This document shows, piece by piece, positions 46,900 through 56,593 of a stretch of 64,000 nt of DNA (position 1 is its first letter; each line of letters begins with the position of its first letter). Under the pieces are notes generated by a model that was not told the origin of the DNA, searched no databases, and worked only from the letters and a program-made list of their open reading frames with translations. The stretch lies in the sequence record PP892525.1, one strand, 5' to 3'. The position numbers and the translations under genes were made by a program. The stretch comes from Escherichia phage vB_EcoS_I14.

Positions 46900-49663
46900 C
46901 TAGCTCTGCCATTGCTTCATCATGCATATGTTTCTCCTCATCAGTCATAAACTTATACGGGATTGGCATACATTCGATTTTACAATAGGTTCTGTACCAG
47001 TCTACAATATTCTCCGTGTTCATATCCTTACCAATACCCATCATACCAAGATACATTCTGGCATATTTTGGGTTAGCACTCTGACCTGTTTTAAGGAAGA
47101 AATCTTTCTTCTTACCTTTCAGAGCTTCTATGAATGGTTTGATAGTGACATTTGAGCACTTCTTAATATCTTCCCAGAACATCTCGTGCATTTTATGGAA
47201 GAATGCCGCTCGATCATTCGGTTTATCCTTGATATACTGCTCAACATGCTCAACTGTTACATCTTTAATAGACTCAAGATGATAATAGCGAACAAGAAGT
47301 AGTTTAGCTTCATACGCATCTGCATGACGTGGAGCACAATAATCAGGAGTTGAATACAAAATAGCTTTGATTCGCTCTTCCGTATATTCTTTTCCTGCAC
47401 CTTCGATAGTTCCCCAGCTTTCACTGAAAATATCAATAGTTGCACCCTGATCAAGCAAGTAATAACGTAAAGTACTAGTATAGTTCCTAGATTCCAGCTC
47501 CCTACGACGTGCGTATAATTGCTGTGCTAACTCCAGCCAACCTTCATCAATGTTATACTGTTCAGAACCTGCGGAGAATCCACTCGTAGATTTATCAATA
47601 AAATAATAAATGTTCTGGGCACCACGGTCGCGCCTGATTGCTTGGAAACGCATGTTTGGCGCTTGGTTGCTAGTTCTAGTAATAACGAATACGTTATCAA
47701 AATAGTTGAAGTCAACACCACTCGTTACGGATGGACTACATAATAAGCAATCAATTTGTTGGTCAATTAACTCATTAGTTGTGTAATCCAGAATACGTCG
47801 AATATCTACATCAGACGTAGAGTTTGAGTGGATTTCCTTAACTAACGCACCCGTATTACGACGCAACGCCATGCCCTTCTCATTCAGTTCATCCGGCCCA
47901 CAGTCAGATACTAGGATAGATTTCTCCCCCATCTCTAGAGATGTCTGAAGCGCAACCCAAATACTGGATTCATCAGGGAACTCATAAGCATGAGCTTTTG
48001 ACAGCATTTTTCGGTGATGATTATAAAATGCAACCGGTTTATCAAACTCAATCAAGGAACCATATGCTTCAATTGTTTCTGCACTAATATCACCATCAGA
48101 TAATATAATGATTTTTGCAGTTGCAAGAATATCCCGAAGAACCTGAATGCATTCACGACGTTGTTTAACAACCGGGGCGAATAGTAGGTCATTCATTACA
48201 GCATCACATTCATCGATAAAGATTGCATCAATTTGACCAATAAAACTCTTGAACTTATGCAAAGAGTGAATAGTTGTGGACATACGGTCAATAGCACCAC
48301 GCTTAAAATTAAGCATATCTACAGACTTATCATATTGTCCTGCACTAAATTTCTTAGCATTTGAAGACACCAGTGCTCTAGTATTGGTAATTGCTAAGAA
48401 ATTACCTTTAATAACTCCCGAATCTAACCAACGCACAACCGCCGTGGTTTTACCTGTACCTAGACTTGCTTTTACAAAAGTCATATAACCTTCTGGTGGC
48501 ACAGTATTTAATTTCAAGAAGTTATCAGTTTCTAGGGAGTTAGTTTCTAGCTTTTTAAGTGGAATACCTTTTAAAACATCAGGTATATCGCGTTTAGAAT
48601 TATTAACAAACGCTTTCAGAGCCTGTTTACGACCGTTATTAAAGTAATCTTGAATATTACGACTATTATCTTTAGTTGCAATATATTCTGATAAGGCTGG
48701 GCGGATTTCTTTTTCTAGCCATGCAAAATCAACACCATCCTCTAAAGCCCTGTGATAGAGTTTAGGAATAATACGTAGATACACTCCATCCTCAGCTTCT
48801 TCTAGTTCGCTGATAGTTTCTTCTACTTTATCAGAGGCAGCTTTTTTACCCTTAATTTGGTCGAGTAAAGAGTAAAACTCCTCCTTAAACTCACCTCTAG
48901 TTGTTTCATAGTCAACCAGATTATTTGGTAAATTTACTTTAGAACCTTTAACAAATACCAGACGTGAAGCACCCTCCGCCTTAAACGGATCTACTATACC
49001 ATCGGTAAATAACGGATCTGCAAAATAATGGAGCTGTACGGAAGAGTAATAAGCTAAGTCGGCAATATCAAAGCCATACTTTTGTCTACTACTTTCGTTG
49101 ATAGATGTAAATAAGAATTTGATTTGACCCTGAGTTACTTTAACATTAGATTCTAGTATTAAGTGCATTCGGATACCTGGTTTTAGCCCAGCCGAAGATG
49201 ATGCATGAGCGATAAACCCTGCATCAAGAGGAAACATATCCTCACTAATACTATTTAACATTCTAATAATATGTCGAGCCATACCAACAAGATCAAACTT
49301 GTTACAACCACCTGTATCTACAATACCATCCACGTCCATTGCAATTATATGACTTGGGTTAGATACATTAAAGTTGCCCTTCTTACGTCGCACATTATTT
49401 TTAGGTGCAAGACATCGACCTCGTACCGCAACGATATGAGGGTCAGACGTTAAACGCCTCATAAGAGGGAGCATTTCTACTAGGGTTTGAGGATCAACTT
49501 CATCAATTACATCAAACTTGAAGGGCATTGAAGCTGGTTTACCTTCAGGATGCTTTGAGGAAAATCTTTTAGCAAAAAGATAGTCTTCTGCTTTAACTTC
49601 TCGCCAAATGCCTGTGGCTAAGTCGCGATGAAATCCTGCATGACCTTGTAGGATTGAGAACAC
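46874..49663 (-). CDS. large P-loop NTPase (helicase/replication-initiator-like)
   Basis: Walker A (GTGKTT) and Walker B-like (IFIDECD) motifs; track start is TTG 49741; GTG 49663 preceded by AGGAG is the more plausible start (about 929 aa). Confidence 0.6.
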   Translation of the reverse strand: MFSILQGHAGFHRDLATGIWREVKAEDYLFAKRFSSKHPEGKPASMPFKFDVIDEVDPQTLVEMLPLMRRLTSDPHIVAVRGRCLAPKNNVRRKKGNFNVSNPSHIIAMDVDGIVDTGGCNKFDLVGMARHIIRMLNSISEDMFPLDAGFIAHASSSAGLKPGIRMHLILESNVKVTQGQIKFLFTSINESSRQKYGFDIADLAYYSSVQLHYFADPLFTDGIVDPFKAEGASRLVFVKGSKVNLPNNLVDYETTRGEFKEEFYSLLDQIKGKKAASDKVEETISELEEAEDGVYLRIIPKLYHRALEDGVDFAWLEKEIRPALSEYIATKDNSRNIQDYFNNGRKQALKAFVNNSKRDIPDVLKGIPLKKLETNSLETDNFLKLNTVPPEGYMTFVKASLGTGKTTAVVRWLDSGVIKGNFLAITNTRALVSSNAKKFSAGQYDKSVDMLNFKRGAIDRMSTTIHSLHKFKSFIGQIDAIFIDECDAVMNDLLFAPVVKQRRECIQVLRDILATAKIIILSDGDISAETIEAYGSLIEFDKPVAFYNHHRKMLSKAHAYEFPDESSIWVALQTSLEMGEKSILVSDCGPDELNEKGMALRRNTGALVKEIHSNSTSDVDIRRILDYTTNELIDQQIDCLLCSPSVTSGVDFNYFDNVFVITRTSNQAPNMRFQAIRRDRGAQNIYYFIDKSTSGFSAGSEQYNIDEGWLELAQQLYARRRELESRNYTSTLRYYLLDQGATIDIFSESWGTIEGAGKEYTEERIKAILYSTPDYCAPRHADAYEAKLLLVRYYHLESIKDVTVEHVEQYIKDKPNDRAAFFHKMHEMFWEDIKKCSNVTIKPFIEALKGKKKDFFLKTGQSANPKYARMYLGMMGIGKDMNTENIVDWYRTYCKIECMPIPYKFMTDEEKHMHDEAMAELGARNDSEE

Positions 49664-50162
49664 AACAATACTCCTGTGTTGGAAATGAAATAAGTTTTCT
49701 TTAGGACTATTCAGAAAGAATAGAACAACTGTTACTGTCAATTTCTCAACAAATTAATTGCAAATACTGAAGTGGGGTGGCAACTTCCACTTTCACGCTA
49801 CACTGCCGCTTCACTATACCGCACAAATCCTTGAGGATGGCCGCTAAGCCAGATTTGCTCACCTAATGCTTCATGTACTAGCTCATACTAGATGTAGTAT
49901 ACCTTACGTCATCACTTCTCAGAGTTTTTCACTCTTCCCGTCTCACTTCACAACCACCTCACACTAGGTTGCTTCGAGGCCTTACCAGGGTTCCTACGGG
50001 ATGTAGATCGCTAAGTATTCTATTAATTATTTGTTTAAAAACTAACACGTAACAGTTAAAACAACCCTTAATGGGGCAGCCTAACTGTTCCGTATCGCGG
50101 ATTGTAAACAAGAAAAATTAGCAAAATCAATTTTTACTAATGTCTCTCAATTCAATATAAAT

Positions 50163-50191
50163 ATTATATCAAGATTTTGGGCATCCTGCAA
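50163..50191 (-). promoter_or_regulatory. early sigma70 promoter about 500 nt upstream of the large ATPase gene (TTGCAG-17-TATAAT)
   Basis: Reverse complement: ttgcag gatgcccaaaatcttga tataat; transcript would run through the ORF-free region 49664..50160. Confidence 0.5.
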
Positions 50192-50282
50192 GTAAAATTT
50201 TCCGGACGGTGCTATCATTGGTCTTGAGTACGGATAAAACCGAGCCAAAATGACTCGGTAATCAGAGTTCAGCTAGTAAAAA

Positions 50283-50675
50283 TCATTCATCATTTAGGCC
50301 TGGAACATAGATCCCAACACGGTTTAATTGTTCTTTAGCTTCTTTGAGAATATCTGGAGTGTACTCCCAAATATCATCTTCCACCTGTAAAAGATGGGGC
50401 GAACAACCGTCATCCGGCACACGACATATGGCCAAACCACGTGGATGGAACAAAGAGAAATTTAGGGCAACAATTAAACCCATAGCAGACAATTCATTCC
50501 AATCCAATTCCCATTCCCCCGCGTAGCCGGATAGGAAAACACCAACACAGGGATCATCTATTTGCTGCTCCGGAAAAGTGAGGGAGGCTTGTCTTACCCC
50601 CAACCAACGTTGTAGCAGCTTCTCCGCACGTTTCACCAAACTAGGGTCAATCTGACGCCAATATACTTGTTCCAT
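50283..50675 (-). CDS. hypothetical protein (paralog of 50685..51113)
   Basis: 130 aa; shares CxG..V..G..EW.L.W.EL..MGL..ALN..LF.P pattern with adjacent ORF. Confidence 0.5.
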   Translation of the reverse strand: MEQVYWRQIDPSLVKRAEKLLQRWLGVRQASLTFPEQQIDDPCVGVFLSGYAGEWELDWNELSAMGLIVALNFSLFHPRGLAICRVPDDGCSPHLLQVEDDIWEYTPDILKEAKEQLNRVGIYVPGLNDE

Positions 50676-50684
50676 TCTGCCTCC

Positions 50685-51113
50685 TTAAGCAGTTAAACCT
50701 GGGATCATATACCCGAAACGGCGAAGTTTTTGAATCCCCTCATTTACTTCTTCCGGTGAGTAAGACCAACCATAACGTTCATTAATCTGAAAACCAGGAG
50801 ATTCACTAGTTTTATAGTTAACAACGAGGCGGTGCTTAGCAGGCATAAACAGCTTATAATTTAACGCAAAAACTAAGCCCATTTCGTCTAACTCTTTCCA
50901 GCCCACAATCTCTTCAAGACCATCCTCTACCTGAACAATTAAACCAATACAGGGAGCCTCATCAATATCATCTTTAAAAGCAAAGGAGATTTCGTTATTC
51001 TCACACCATATTTTCAAAGAGTTAATAGCCTCATTATACAGGCTAGCTGGGAGGGTACGCCAAAAGTTAACCAAAATTGGGTTAGCCTCTTTAGAGAAGA
51101 CATTATTAAACAT
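50685..51113 (-). CDS. hypothetical protein (paralog of 50283..50675)
   Basis: 142 aa; conserved CIGLIVQVEDG...GWKELDEMGLVFALNYKLFMP block aligned with neighbour. Confidence 0.5.
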   Translation of the reverse strand: MFNNVFSKEANPILVNFWRTLPASLYNEAINSLKIWCENNEISFAFKDDIDEAPCIGLIVQVEDGLEEIVGWKELDEMGLVFALNYKLFMPAKHRLVVNYKTSESPGFQINERYGWSYSPEEVNEGIQKLRRFGYMIPGLTA

Positions 51114-51115
51114 AT

Positions 51116-51622
51116 TTACACCTTAAATTGTTGTAGGGCTTTACACATTTCAAGATCTGGACTAAATTCTAACATATAGCTAACAGCTTTTAAATCTTGA
51201 AGATTTATTCCAGTCCTACCGTTGACTATAACCGTTGGATACTGATACATCATAGCACCCGCATCATCAAGCACACACCAATGTTTGAGCTTATGCTTTT
51301 CAACGAAGCGAAGAACAGAATTGCCCCTAGATAATCCACCCCCAGTAAAATCCGTTGTACCAAGAAAACGATCGATAAGGCCTAATCCGGTCATAATCTG
51401 AACGTTCTCCATCTCATTTCTGACAGAGAACCAAGATGATACTCCAACAATCATTATCGGAGAAGGACGAATAAAGTCCTGAAAAGCCTTGAGAAGCGGT
51501 TTGAAAACCCAGTCACTTCCAAAGAAAATCTTTTCATTATCAGGTGCATGATGGTGGGAGATGCTCGAATTGAGCACCCCATCAATATCTAGAAAAATAA
51601 TTGGAGTATTACTTATTTCCAT
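51116..51622 (-). CDS. HAD-superfamily phosphatase (nucleotidase/polynucleotide-phosphatase-like)
   Basis: 168 aa; N-terminal HAD motif I (IIFLDIDGVLNS) and C-terminal DD motif (WCVLDDAG). Confidence 0.6.
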   Translation of the reverse strand: MEISNTPIIFLDIDGVLNSSISHHHAPDNEKIFFGSDWVFKPLLKAFQDFIRPSPIMIVGVSSWFSVRNEMENVQIMTGLGLIDRFLGTTDFTGGGLSRGNSVLRFVEKHKLKHWCVLDDAGAMMYQYPTVIVNGRTGINLQDLKAVSYMLEFSPDLEMCKALQQFKV

Positions 51623-51818
51623 TTTTGTTCCTTTCTAAGAACGTATCATACTCAACCGTATCAACATATATAACACCATAGTCATCGGATTTATAGTCCA
51701 TTTCCCACAGCTCACAGCGATAGCACCAACTACCATCTGCCCATACAAATATATCATCGGGATGTGTATAAACAGATTTAACTATGGACATATCTGTTTC
51801 CCTTGCTTCTCGACACAT
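51609..51818 (-). CDS. hypothetical protein
   Basis: 69 aa ORF overlapping both neighbours. Confidence 0.35.
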   Translation of the reverse strand: MCREARETDMSIVKSVYTHPDDIFVWADGSWCYRCELWEMDYKSDDYGVIYVDTVEYDTFLERNKNGNK

Positions 51819-52614
51819 AAGGTCTACCCTCTAAATGAGCTTCTACACGAGCAATAAAATCAGGGTCACTAAAAGCATCTACCGCACCTTTACTCCAGTA
51901 AGGGATACCGCGTTCTTCCAACTGGTACATCTCACTACGAGTCATACCTTGATAGCCCGGTTCTGCTGCGAGGGCACTATCATAGTAGTTAACAACCATA
52001 AGTTTCGCAGCAGTCAAATTAAGAACAGGAAATAATTCCCAGTAGAAGTTAATTACTTGGTTAGAGCAACCAACCACAATGATCATATCTTGACTGGTAA
52101 TACCATCAAAAACATTATACATTTCTGCGTATGCAGGAGCATGTTCTCCAAAGAAGATTACATTAGGTTTAACCCATTTATAATCATCTGGATCAATAGA
52201 ATTATACCCTACATCAATAATCCGTTTATTGCTACTATTGTAGCTATCAGCTACAACAACCTCTTTTAAATATCCGTGAATGTGCAGAATGTCACTATGT
52301 GGAACGCCAGCACGCTCAATAAGGTCATCAACGTTGGTAGTCAAGTTTACTACTTGACCTGGATATTGTTTATACCATTCACCAATACGCAAATGTGCAA
52401 GATTGGGTTCAACAGTTTTTAGCTCTTCACGACGTTTGTTGTAAAACATATGGGTTTTATGGTAAAAATTACCACGAAAGGCATGAATATTACATACTTC
52501 TTCTAGATCATAATCATCCCACAATGCTTTACCACTAGCAGTATCAGTACGAAAAGCTCGTACACCACTTTCAACACTCAAACCTGCACCGCTAATAATA
52601 ATTACCCTACGCAT
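51778..52614 (-). CDS. Sir2-family (sirtuin-like) NAD-dependent protein
   Basis: 278 aa; sirtuin Rossmann motifs GAGLSVESGVRAFR, TTNVDDL, IHGY, VVGCSN. Confidence 0.65.
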   Translation of the reverse strand: MRRVIIISGAGLSVESGVRAFRTDTASGKALWDDYDLEEVCNIHAFRGNFYHKTHMFYNKRREELKTVEPNLAHLRIGEWYKQYPGQVVNLTTNVDDLIERAGVPHSDILHIHGYLKEVVVADSYNSSNKRIIDVGYNSIDPDDYKWVKPNVIFFGEHAPAYAEMYNVFDGITSQDMIIVVGCSNQVINFYWELFPVLNLTAAKLMVVNYYDSALAAEPGYQGMTRSEMYQLEERGIPYWSKGAVDAFSDPDFIARVEAHLEGRPYVSRSKGNRYVHS

Positions 52615-52828
52615 TTTTCACCTGTTCTCTGAAGTTTTGCCCAATACTGTCTAATAGCTCAGCTAATTCTTTATTGCCTTTCTCCATTAAGGTATTAGCA
52701 ATAACTTCTAGCATAGTAGCACAGGATTCAACACCATCCTTATAGCCAGTTTCCCAGTGCTGCATTAATGCGTTTTCCAAAGCGGAGTTTAAACCCTTAT
52801 CTGGCAGCATCGGCTTCGAGAATGCCAT
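52607..52828 (-). CDS. hypothetical protein
   Basis: 73 aa ORF coupled to Sir2-like gene. Confidence 0.4.
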   Translation of the reverse strand: MAFSKPMLPDKGLNSALENALMQHWETGYKDGVESCATMLEVIANTLMEKGNKELAELLDSIGQNFREQVKNA

Positions 52829-53000
52829 AAAGTTTCTCCTCTAGTTCCATAACACGATTTTCATAAGAGGCACGCAACTTTTCAATTGCTAGCGCACGCA
52901 CTGTAACCTCATTAGAATTAATAGCTAATTGGGCCAGATCTTCTGTTTCCATACGTCCGTTGTAAATTAAGCGATATTTAAGATGTTTTACGTTTTTCAT
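52797..53000 (-). CDS. hypothetical protein
   Basis: 67 aa ORF. Confidence 0.4.
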   Translation of the reverse strand: MKNVKHLKYRLIYNGRMETEDLAQLAINSNEVTVRALAIEKLRASYENRVMELEEKLYGILEADAAR

Positions 53001-53009
53001 TCTTGTTCC

Positions 53010-53291
53010 TTAGTTCTGTACTGTAAATTCATTCTTATCACAGTGAGCATAATAATACCCGTACATACGATAAATTTTCACAGCCTTAGTAGACCCCTTC
53101 GATTCTTCATAATCGATCCAGAGCCACTTGTCTTTACCTACATAGTGTACCCGAAACTTCTTAACCTTCTTATCATTCCATGTTGCAACAACACGACGAT
53201 AATCAAATCCACCCAACCAATCTAGAGCCTTACGTTCTTCACTAGGCTCTCCAAGATGGGAGACATCTACTTTAGGAAGCAACTCGCTCAT
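53010..53291 (-). CDS. hypothetical protein
   Basis: 93 aa ORF directly downstream of early promoter. Confidence 0.45.
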   Translation of the reverse strand: MSELLPKVDVSHLGEPSEERKALDWLGGFDYRRVVATWNDKKVKKFRVHYVGKDKWLWIDYEESKGSTKAVKIYRMYGYYYAHCDKNEFTVQN

Positions 53292-53320
53292 AGCTTTCTC
53301 CTATCAAATTTATAAATCTA

Positions 53321-53349
53321 TTATATATAAATTTTTGGCTGAAAGCAAA
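53321..53349 (-). promoter_or_regulatory. early sigma70 promoter (TTGCTT-17-TATAAT)
   Basis: Reverse complement: ttgctt tcagccaaaaatttata tataat followed by agatttataaatttgataggag leader. Confidence 0.6.
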
Positions 53350-53390
53350 TAAAATAAAAGCCAGGTCGACTAGCAACCCGGCTGATTAGC

Positions 53391-55265
53391 TTATTTAGCT
53401 CGAATATCCTGATGTTTCACCCTGCCCATAACCTCATGCTGTTTGCCTGGGTTAAATGGACGAGCACCTGGATTTCCAAGATACCCACAAACTCGACGAG
53501 TTACTTCAAGAGTTTCAGGGTCATGATTACCACAGATAGGGCACTTAAACCCATCTTCGGATGCTATTGTTTCACCTAAGAATCCACATTTACCACAAGA
53601 ATCCACTGGAGTATTAATACCGAAGTAATGAACCTTACTAGCAGCATAATTAATAACCCATTCCAGTGCATCTGGGAATCGTTTCATATCCGGTAGTTCT
53701 ACATAGGAAATACACCCACCAGAAGCAATCGGAGTAAAGTTAGATTCATAATCAAATTTGACGTTAGGAGCAACTTTACGTTCCACATCAAGGTGGTGCG
53801 AGTTAGTGTAGTATCCTTTAGACAGAATATCTTCATGCTCTGGGAAATATTCACGGTCTAGACGACAAAAACGATCACATAGGGATTCTGATGGTGTAGC
53901 ATACAGGCTATAACCTAACTTAGTTTCTTCCTTCTTCTGATCGACTCTATCCCGCATGTACTGCAATACACGCTGAACAAACTTGATGCAGGTCTCGGAC
54001 ATTGTGTCTACATCTTTGCCAAACATGAACTGTAGCATTTCATGGCAACCAATATACCCTAGAGATACAGAAGCACGGTTATAGAAATGATCGAATACAT
54101 ATTCATCAGGCTCCAAGCGTAAACCAAAGGCTCCTGACATATAGAGGATAGGTGCAGCTTTAGCTTGGATGTATTTTAAGCGATCAACTCTCCACTCCAA
54201 TGCTTTTAACGCTGTATCCACACGTAGCTCAAGCAAATCAAAGAATAGATCAATATTTCCTTCAGCTTCGATAGCAATTCTAGGCAAGTTTACAGAAACA
54301 ACACCTAAGTTATTACGACCGGCAGTTTCACCATCTTCTGTAGCAGCTAAGAATGAACGACAGCCCATAGAAACTTTATAGTCTCCAGTAACTTCCACAA
54401 CCTTATCATAGCTGATATAATCTGGATACATACGTTCAGCAGTACATTTCATAGCTAACTTCTTGATGTCATAATTAACATCCCCTGGTTTCATATTTAC
54501 GCCATCACGAAGTACAAATACCAGTTTCGGGAAGATAGCTGTACGTTTATTGATACCTAAACCATCCATGCGTACTTTGAGTATTGCTTTCTGTACTAGA
54601 CGTGCTTCCCAAGAAGTTCCCAGACCAAAGCCAAAGGTAATAAATGGACTCTGACCATTAGAGTTGAACATGGTATTGATTTCATATTCTAGACCCTGAC
54701 AGGCATCATAAACTTCTTTTTCAGTCATCTCCGTAGCCATTACTGATGCTTTGGCCTCATCCTTAGTCCAACGTTTTGCAAACGCATGATTTTTGTCATA
54801 GGATTTACGAACATAAGGAGCTAATACTTCATCAAGGCGATCCACGGAAGTACCACCATACTGATGGGAACTAACCTGTGTGATAATCTGAGCTGTAATA
54901 GCCGCCGCAGTAGTGATAGAGTTTGGAGTGCTAATTTCAGCATTACCAACCTTCATACCATTCTTCAACATATCTTCCAGAGCTACCAGACAACAGTTAG
55001 TCATGCCTAATGCAGCATAATCAGCATCATGGAAATGAATATCCCCAATCATATGAGCATTTCGAATCTGAATTGGCATTTCTTCTAGAATCAGATACTT
55101 ACTCAATTCACCTGCAAGCATATCCCTTTGTGTAGGGAAACGTTCTGAGGGTTTATTGGCATTATTAAACAGCAGTTCTTCATCTGCTGACCCTTCGATA
55201 ATCTCTTTGCAGTTTCTAATTAACGCCTGCATTCCTTTATACTTTAGTTCTTCATTGCGATTCAT
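53391..55265 (-). CDS. nrdD: anaerobic ribonucleoside-triphosphate reductase
   Basis: 624 aa; C-terminal glycyl-radical motif (RVCGYLG) and Zn-ribbon cysteines (CGKCGF...CPICG). Confidence 0.85.
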   Translation of the reverse strand: MNRNEELKYKGMQALIRNCKEIIEGSADEELLFNNANKPSERFPTQRDMLAGELSKYLILEEMPIQIRNAHMIGDIHFHDADYAALGMTNCCLVALEDMLKNGMKVGNAEISTPNSITTAAAITAQIITQVSSHQYGGTSVDRLDEVLAPYVRKSYDKNHAFAKRWTKDEAKASVMATEMTEKEVYDACQGLEYEINTMFNSNGQSPFITFGFGLGTSWEARLVQKAILKVRMDGLGINKRTAIFPKLVFVLRDGVNMKPGDVNYDIKKLAMKCTAERMYPDYISYDKVVEVTGDYKVSMGCRSFLAATEDGETAGRNNLGVVSVNLPRIAIEAEGNIDLFFDLLELRVDTALKALEWRVDRLKYIQAKAAPILYMSGAFGLRLEPDEYVFDHFYNRASVSLGYIGCHEMLQFMFGKDVDTMSETCIKFVQRVLQYMRDRVDQKKEETKLGYSLYATPSESLCDRFCRLDREYFPEHEDILSKGYYTNSHHLDVERKVAPNVKFDYESNFTPIASGGCISYVELPDMKRFPDALEWVINYAASKVHYFGINTPVDSCGKCGFLGETIASEDGFKCPICGNHDPETLEVTRRVCGYLGNPGARPFNPGKQHEVMGRVKHQDIRAK

Positions 55266-55295
55266 TATACCCTCCTTCTCTAACTAAGACTACTA

Positions 55296-55324
55296 TTATA
55301 ACTCATTCGAAGGCGGATGTCAAC
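55296..55324 (-). promoter_or_regulatory. consensus sigma70 promoter for nrdD (TTGACA-17-TATAAT)
   Basis: Reverse complement: ttgaca tccgccttcgaatgagt tataat, about 30 nt upstream of nrdD ATG. Confidence 0.65.
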
Positions 55325-55375
55325 AATATTTTACTATAAAGTTCTATAACATGATCTGAGTCAAAAAATTTTATT

Positions 55376-55404
55376 TGCCAACCTCTACTAAAAATAGTAT
55401 AATC
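55376..55404 (+). promoter_or_regulatory. early sigma70 promoter (TTGCCA-17-TATAAT), distal of two tandem + promoters
   Basis: ttgcca acctctactaaaaatag tataat, about 200 nt upstream of phoH. Confidence 0.55.
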
Positions 55405-55516
55405 ACGCACCCGTGTACGCGATATAAAATGATTATCTAGTACCATACATCTCCCAATAAAAGCAAGCAAATTTTTTATTTAAATGCAATATCATAGGCT
55501 TATTTAAAATTGTAGT

Positions 55517-55545
55517 TGCTTTCTCCCGTATATATTGGTATAATA
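55517..55545 (+). promoter_or_regulatory. early sigma70 promoter for phoH (TTGCTT-17-TATAAT)
   Basis: ttgctt tctcccgtatatattgg tataat. Confidence 0.6.
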
Positions 55546-55608
55546 TATTTGTAAGTTGATAAACAAGATCTTTTTGTTGATCCTCTGTTAGCGAAGTACA
55601 CTATAGGA

Positions 55609-56370
55609 GTGTTATTTATGGGAAAAGCACGTCAAAAAAGAGAGAACCGCAATGGTTCAAGAAAGCGTGGCAACAAGTACGAGAGTAACGTAATTCAAGC
55701 AGATTTCTCTGGTGATTACGCCAATCCAGTTGCTAAATCCCTAGTTGGTAAAAACCGTGAGCAAAAATCATATATCAATATGATCAAGAACAACACAGTG
55801 ACTGTGGGTATCGGTGAACCAGGTACTGGTAAAACCTTTATCCCGTCCGTTCTTGCAGCTCAGGAACTCGTAGACATTCACTCAGATATTGAGCAAGTGA
55901 TCCTCGTGCGTCCGAACGAACCTCTAGGTAAATCTCTTGGTATGCTCCCAGGTGATCTAGCAGAAAAGCTAGAGCCTTGGTTGGAACCAATAGCCGATGG
56001 CATGAAATGGGCAATCGGTGATCACGCCTATAAAGGATATGTCGAACGTCAGAAAATCAAATTCCTGGCTATCGAACATGCCCGTGGCCGAACTTTCAAC
56101 AACTCCTATGTAATTGTCGATGAAGCTCAGAATATTTCCGTTGAGGCAATGATTTGTCTTCTAACTCGTGTAGGGCAAGACTGCCGTTTAATTATCTGCG
56201 GAGATATAGCTCAGAAAGACATTAAAGGTGACTCAGGTCTAGCACTCCTTATGGAAGTCTATGAGAAATACGAAAATGCCCCATTCTCAATGATCGAATT
56301 GATTGATAACGTTCGTTCTGTTGAGTCTAAAGCATTCTATGACATCTTTAAAGACATGGGGAAGGTGTAA
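55609..56370 (+). CDS. phoH: PhoH-like ATPase
   Basis: 253 aa; Walker A (GEPGTGKTF), Walker B (VIVDEAQN) and PhoH C-terminal pattern. Confidence 0.85.
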   Translation: MLFMGKARQKRENRNGSRKRGNKYESNVIQADFSGDYANPVAKSLVGKNREQKSYINMIKNNTVTVGIGEPGTGKTFIPSVLAAQELVDIHSDIEQVILVRPNEPLGKSLGMLPGDLAEKLEPWLEPIADGMKWAIGDHAYKGYVERQKIKFLAIEHARGRTFNNSYVIVDEAQNISVEAMICLLTRVGQDCRLIICGDIAQKDIKGDSGLALLMEVYEKYENAPFSMIELIDNVRSVESKAFYDIFKDMGKV

Positions 56371-56371
56371 T

Positions 56372-56593
56372 ATGGGAAACGTCGTTCATCTGAGCCGTAA
56401 AACTAAAATACATCGTACTTCACTGAGTGCTGCTAATATAATTACACGTAAGGAAGGGGAAGAAAGTCCTAAGACAACCCTAGCGTGGAAAATTGTAACC
56501 TCAAATCCAAATAAACCATTCAATTATAATGAGCTGAGCACCTCCATAGATATTCTATTAAAAGAAGTGGCTAGAGCTAAAATAATTGAATAA
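56372..56593 (+). CDS. hypothetical protein
   Basis: Track ORF 56303..56593; ATG 56372 preceded by GGAAGG is likelier start (73 aa). Confidence 0.4.
   Translation: MGNVVHLSRKTKIHRTSLSAANIITRKEGEESPKTTLAWKIVTSNPNKPFNYNELSTSIDILLKEVARAKIIE

Noticed and set aside
49742-50282. tRNA gene(s) in the long ORF-free region
   Set aside because: No T-loop (GTTCRANYC) or cloverleaf-compatible acceptor stems found on either strand by eye; the region is treated as leader/regulatory pending a proper scan.
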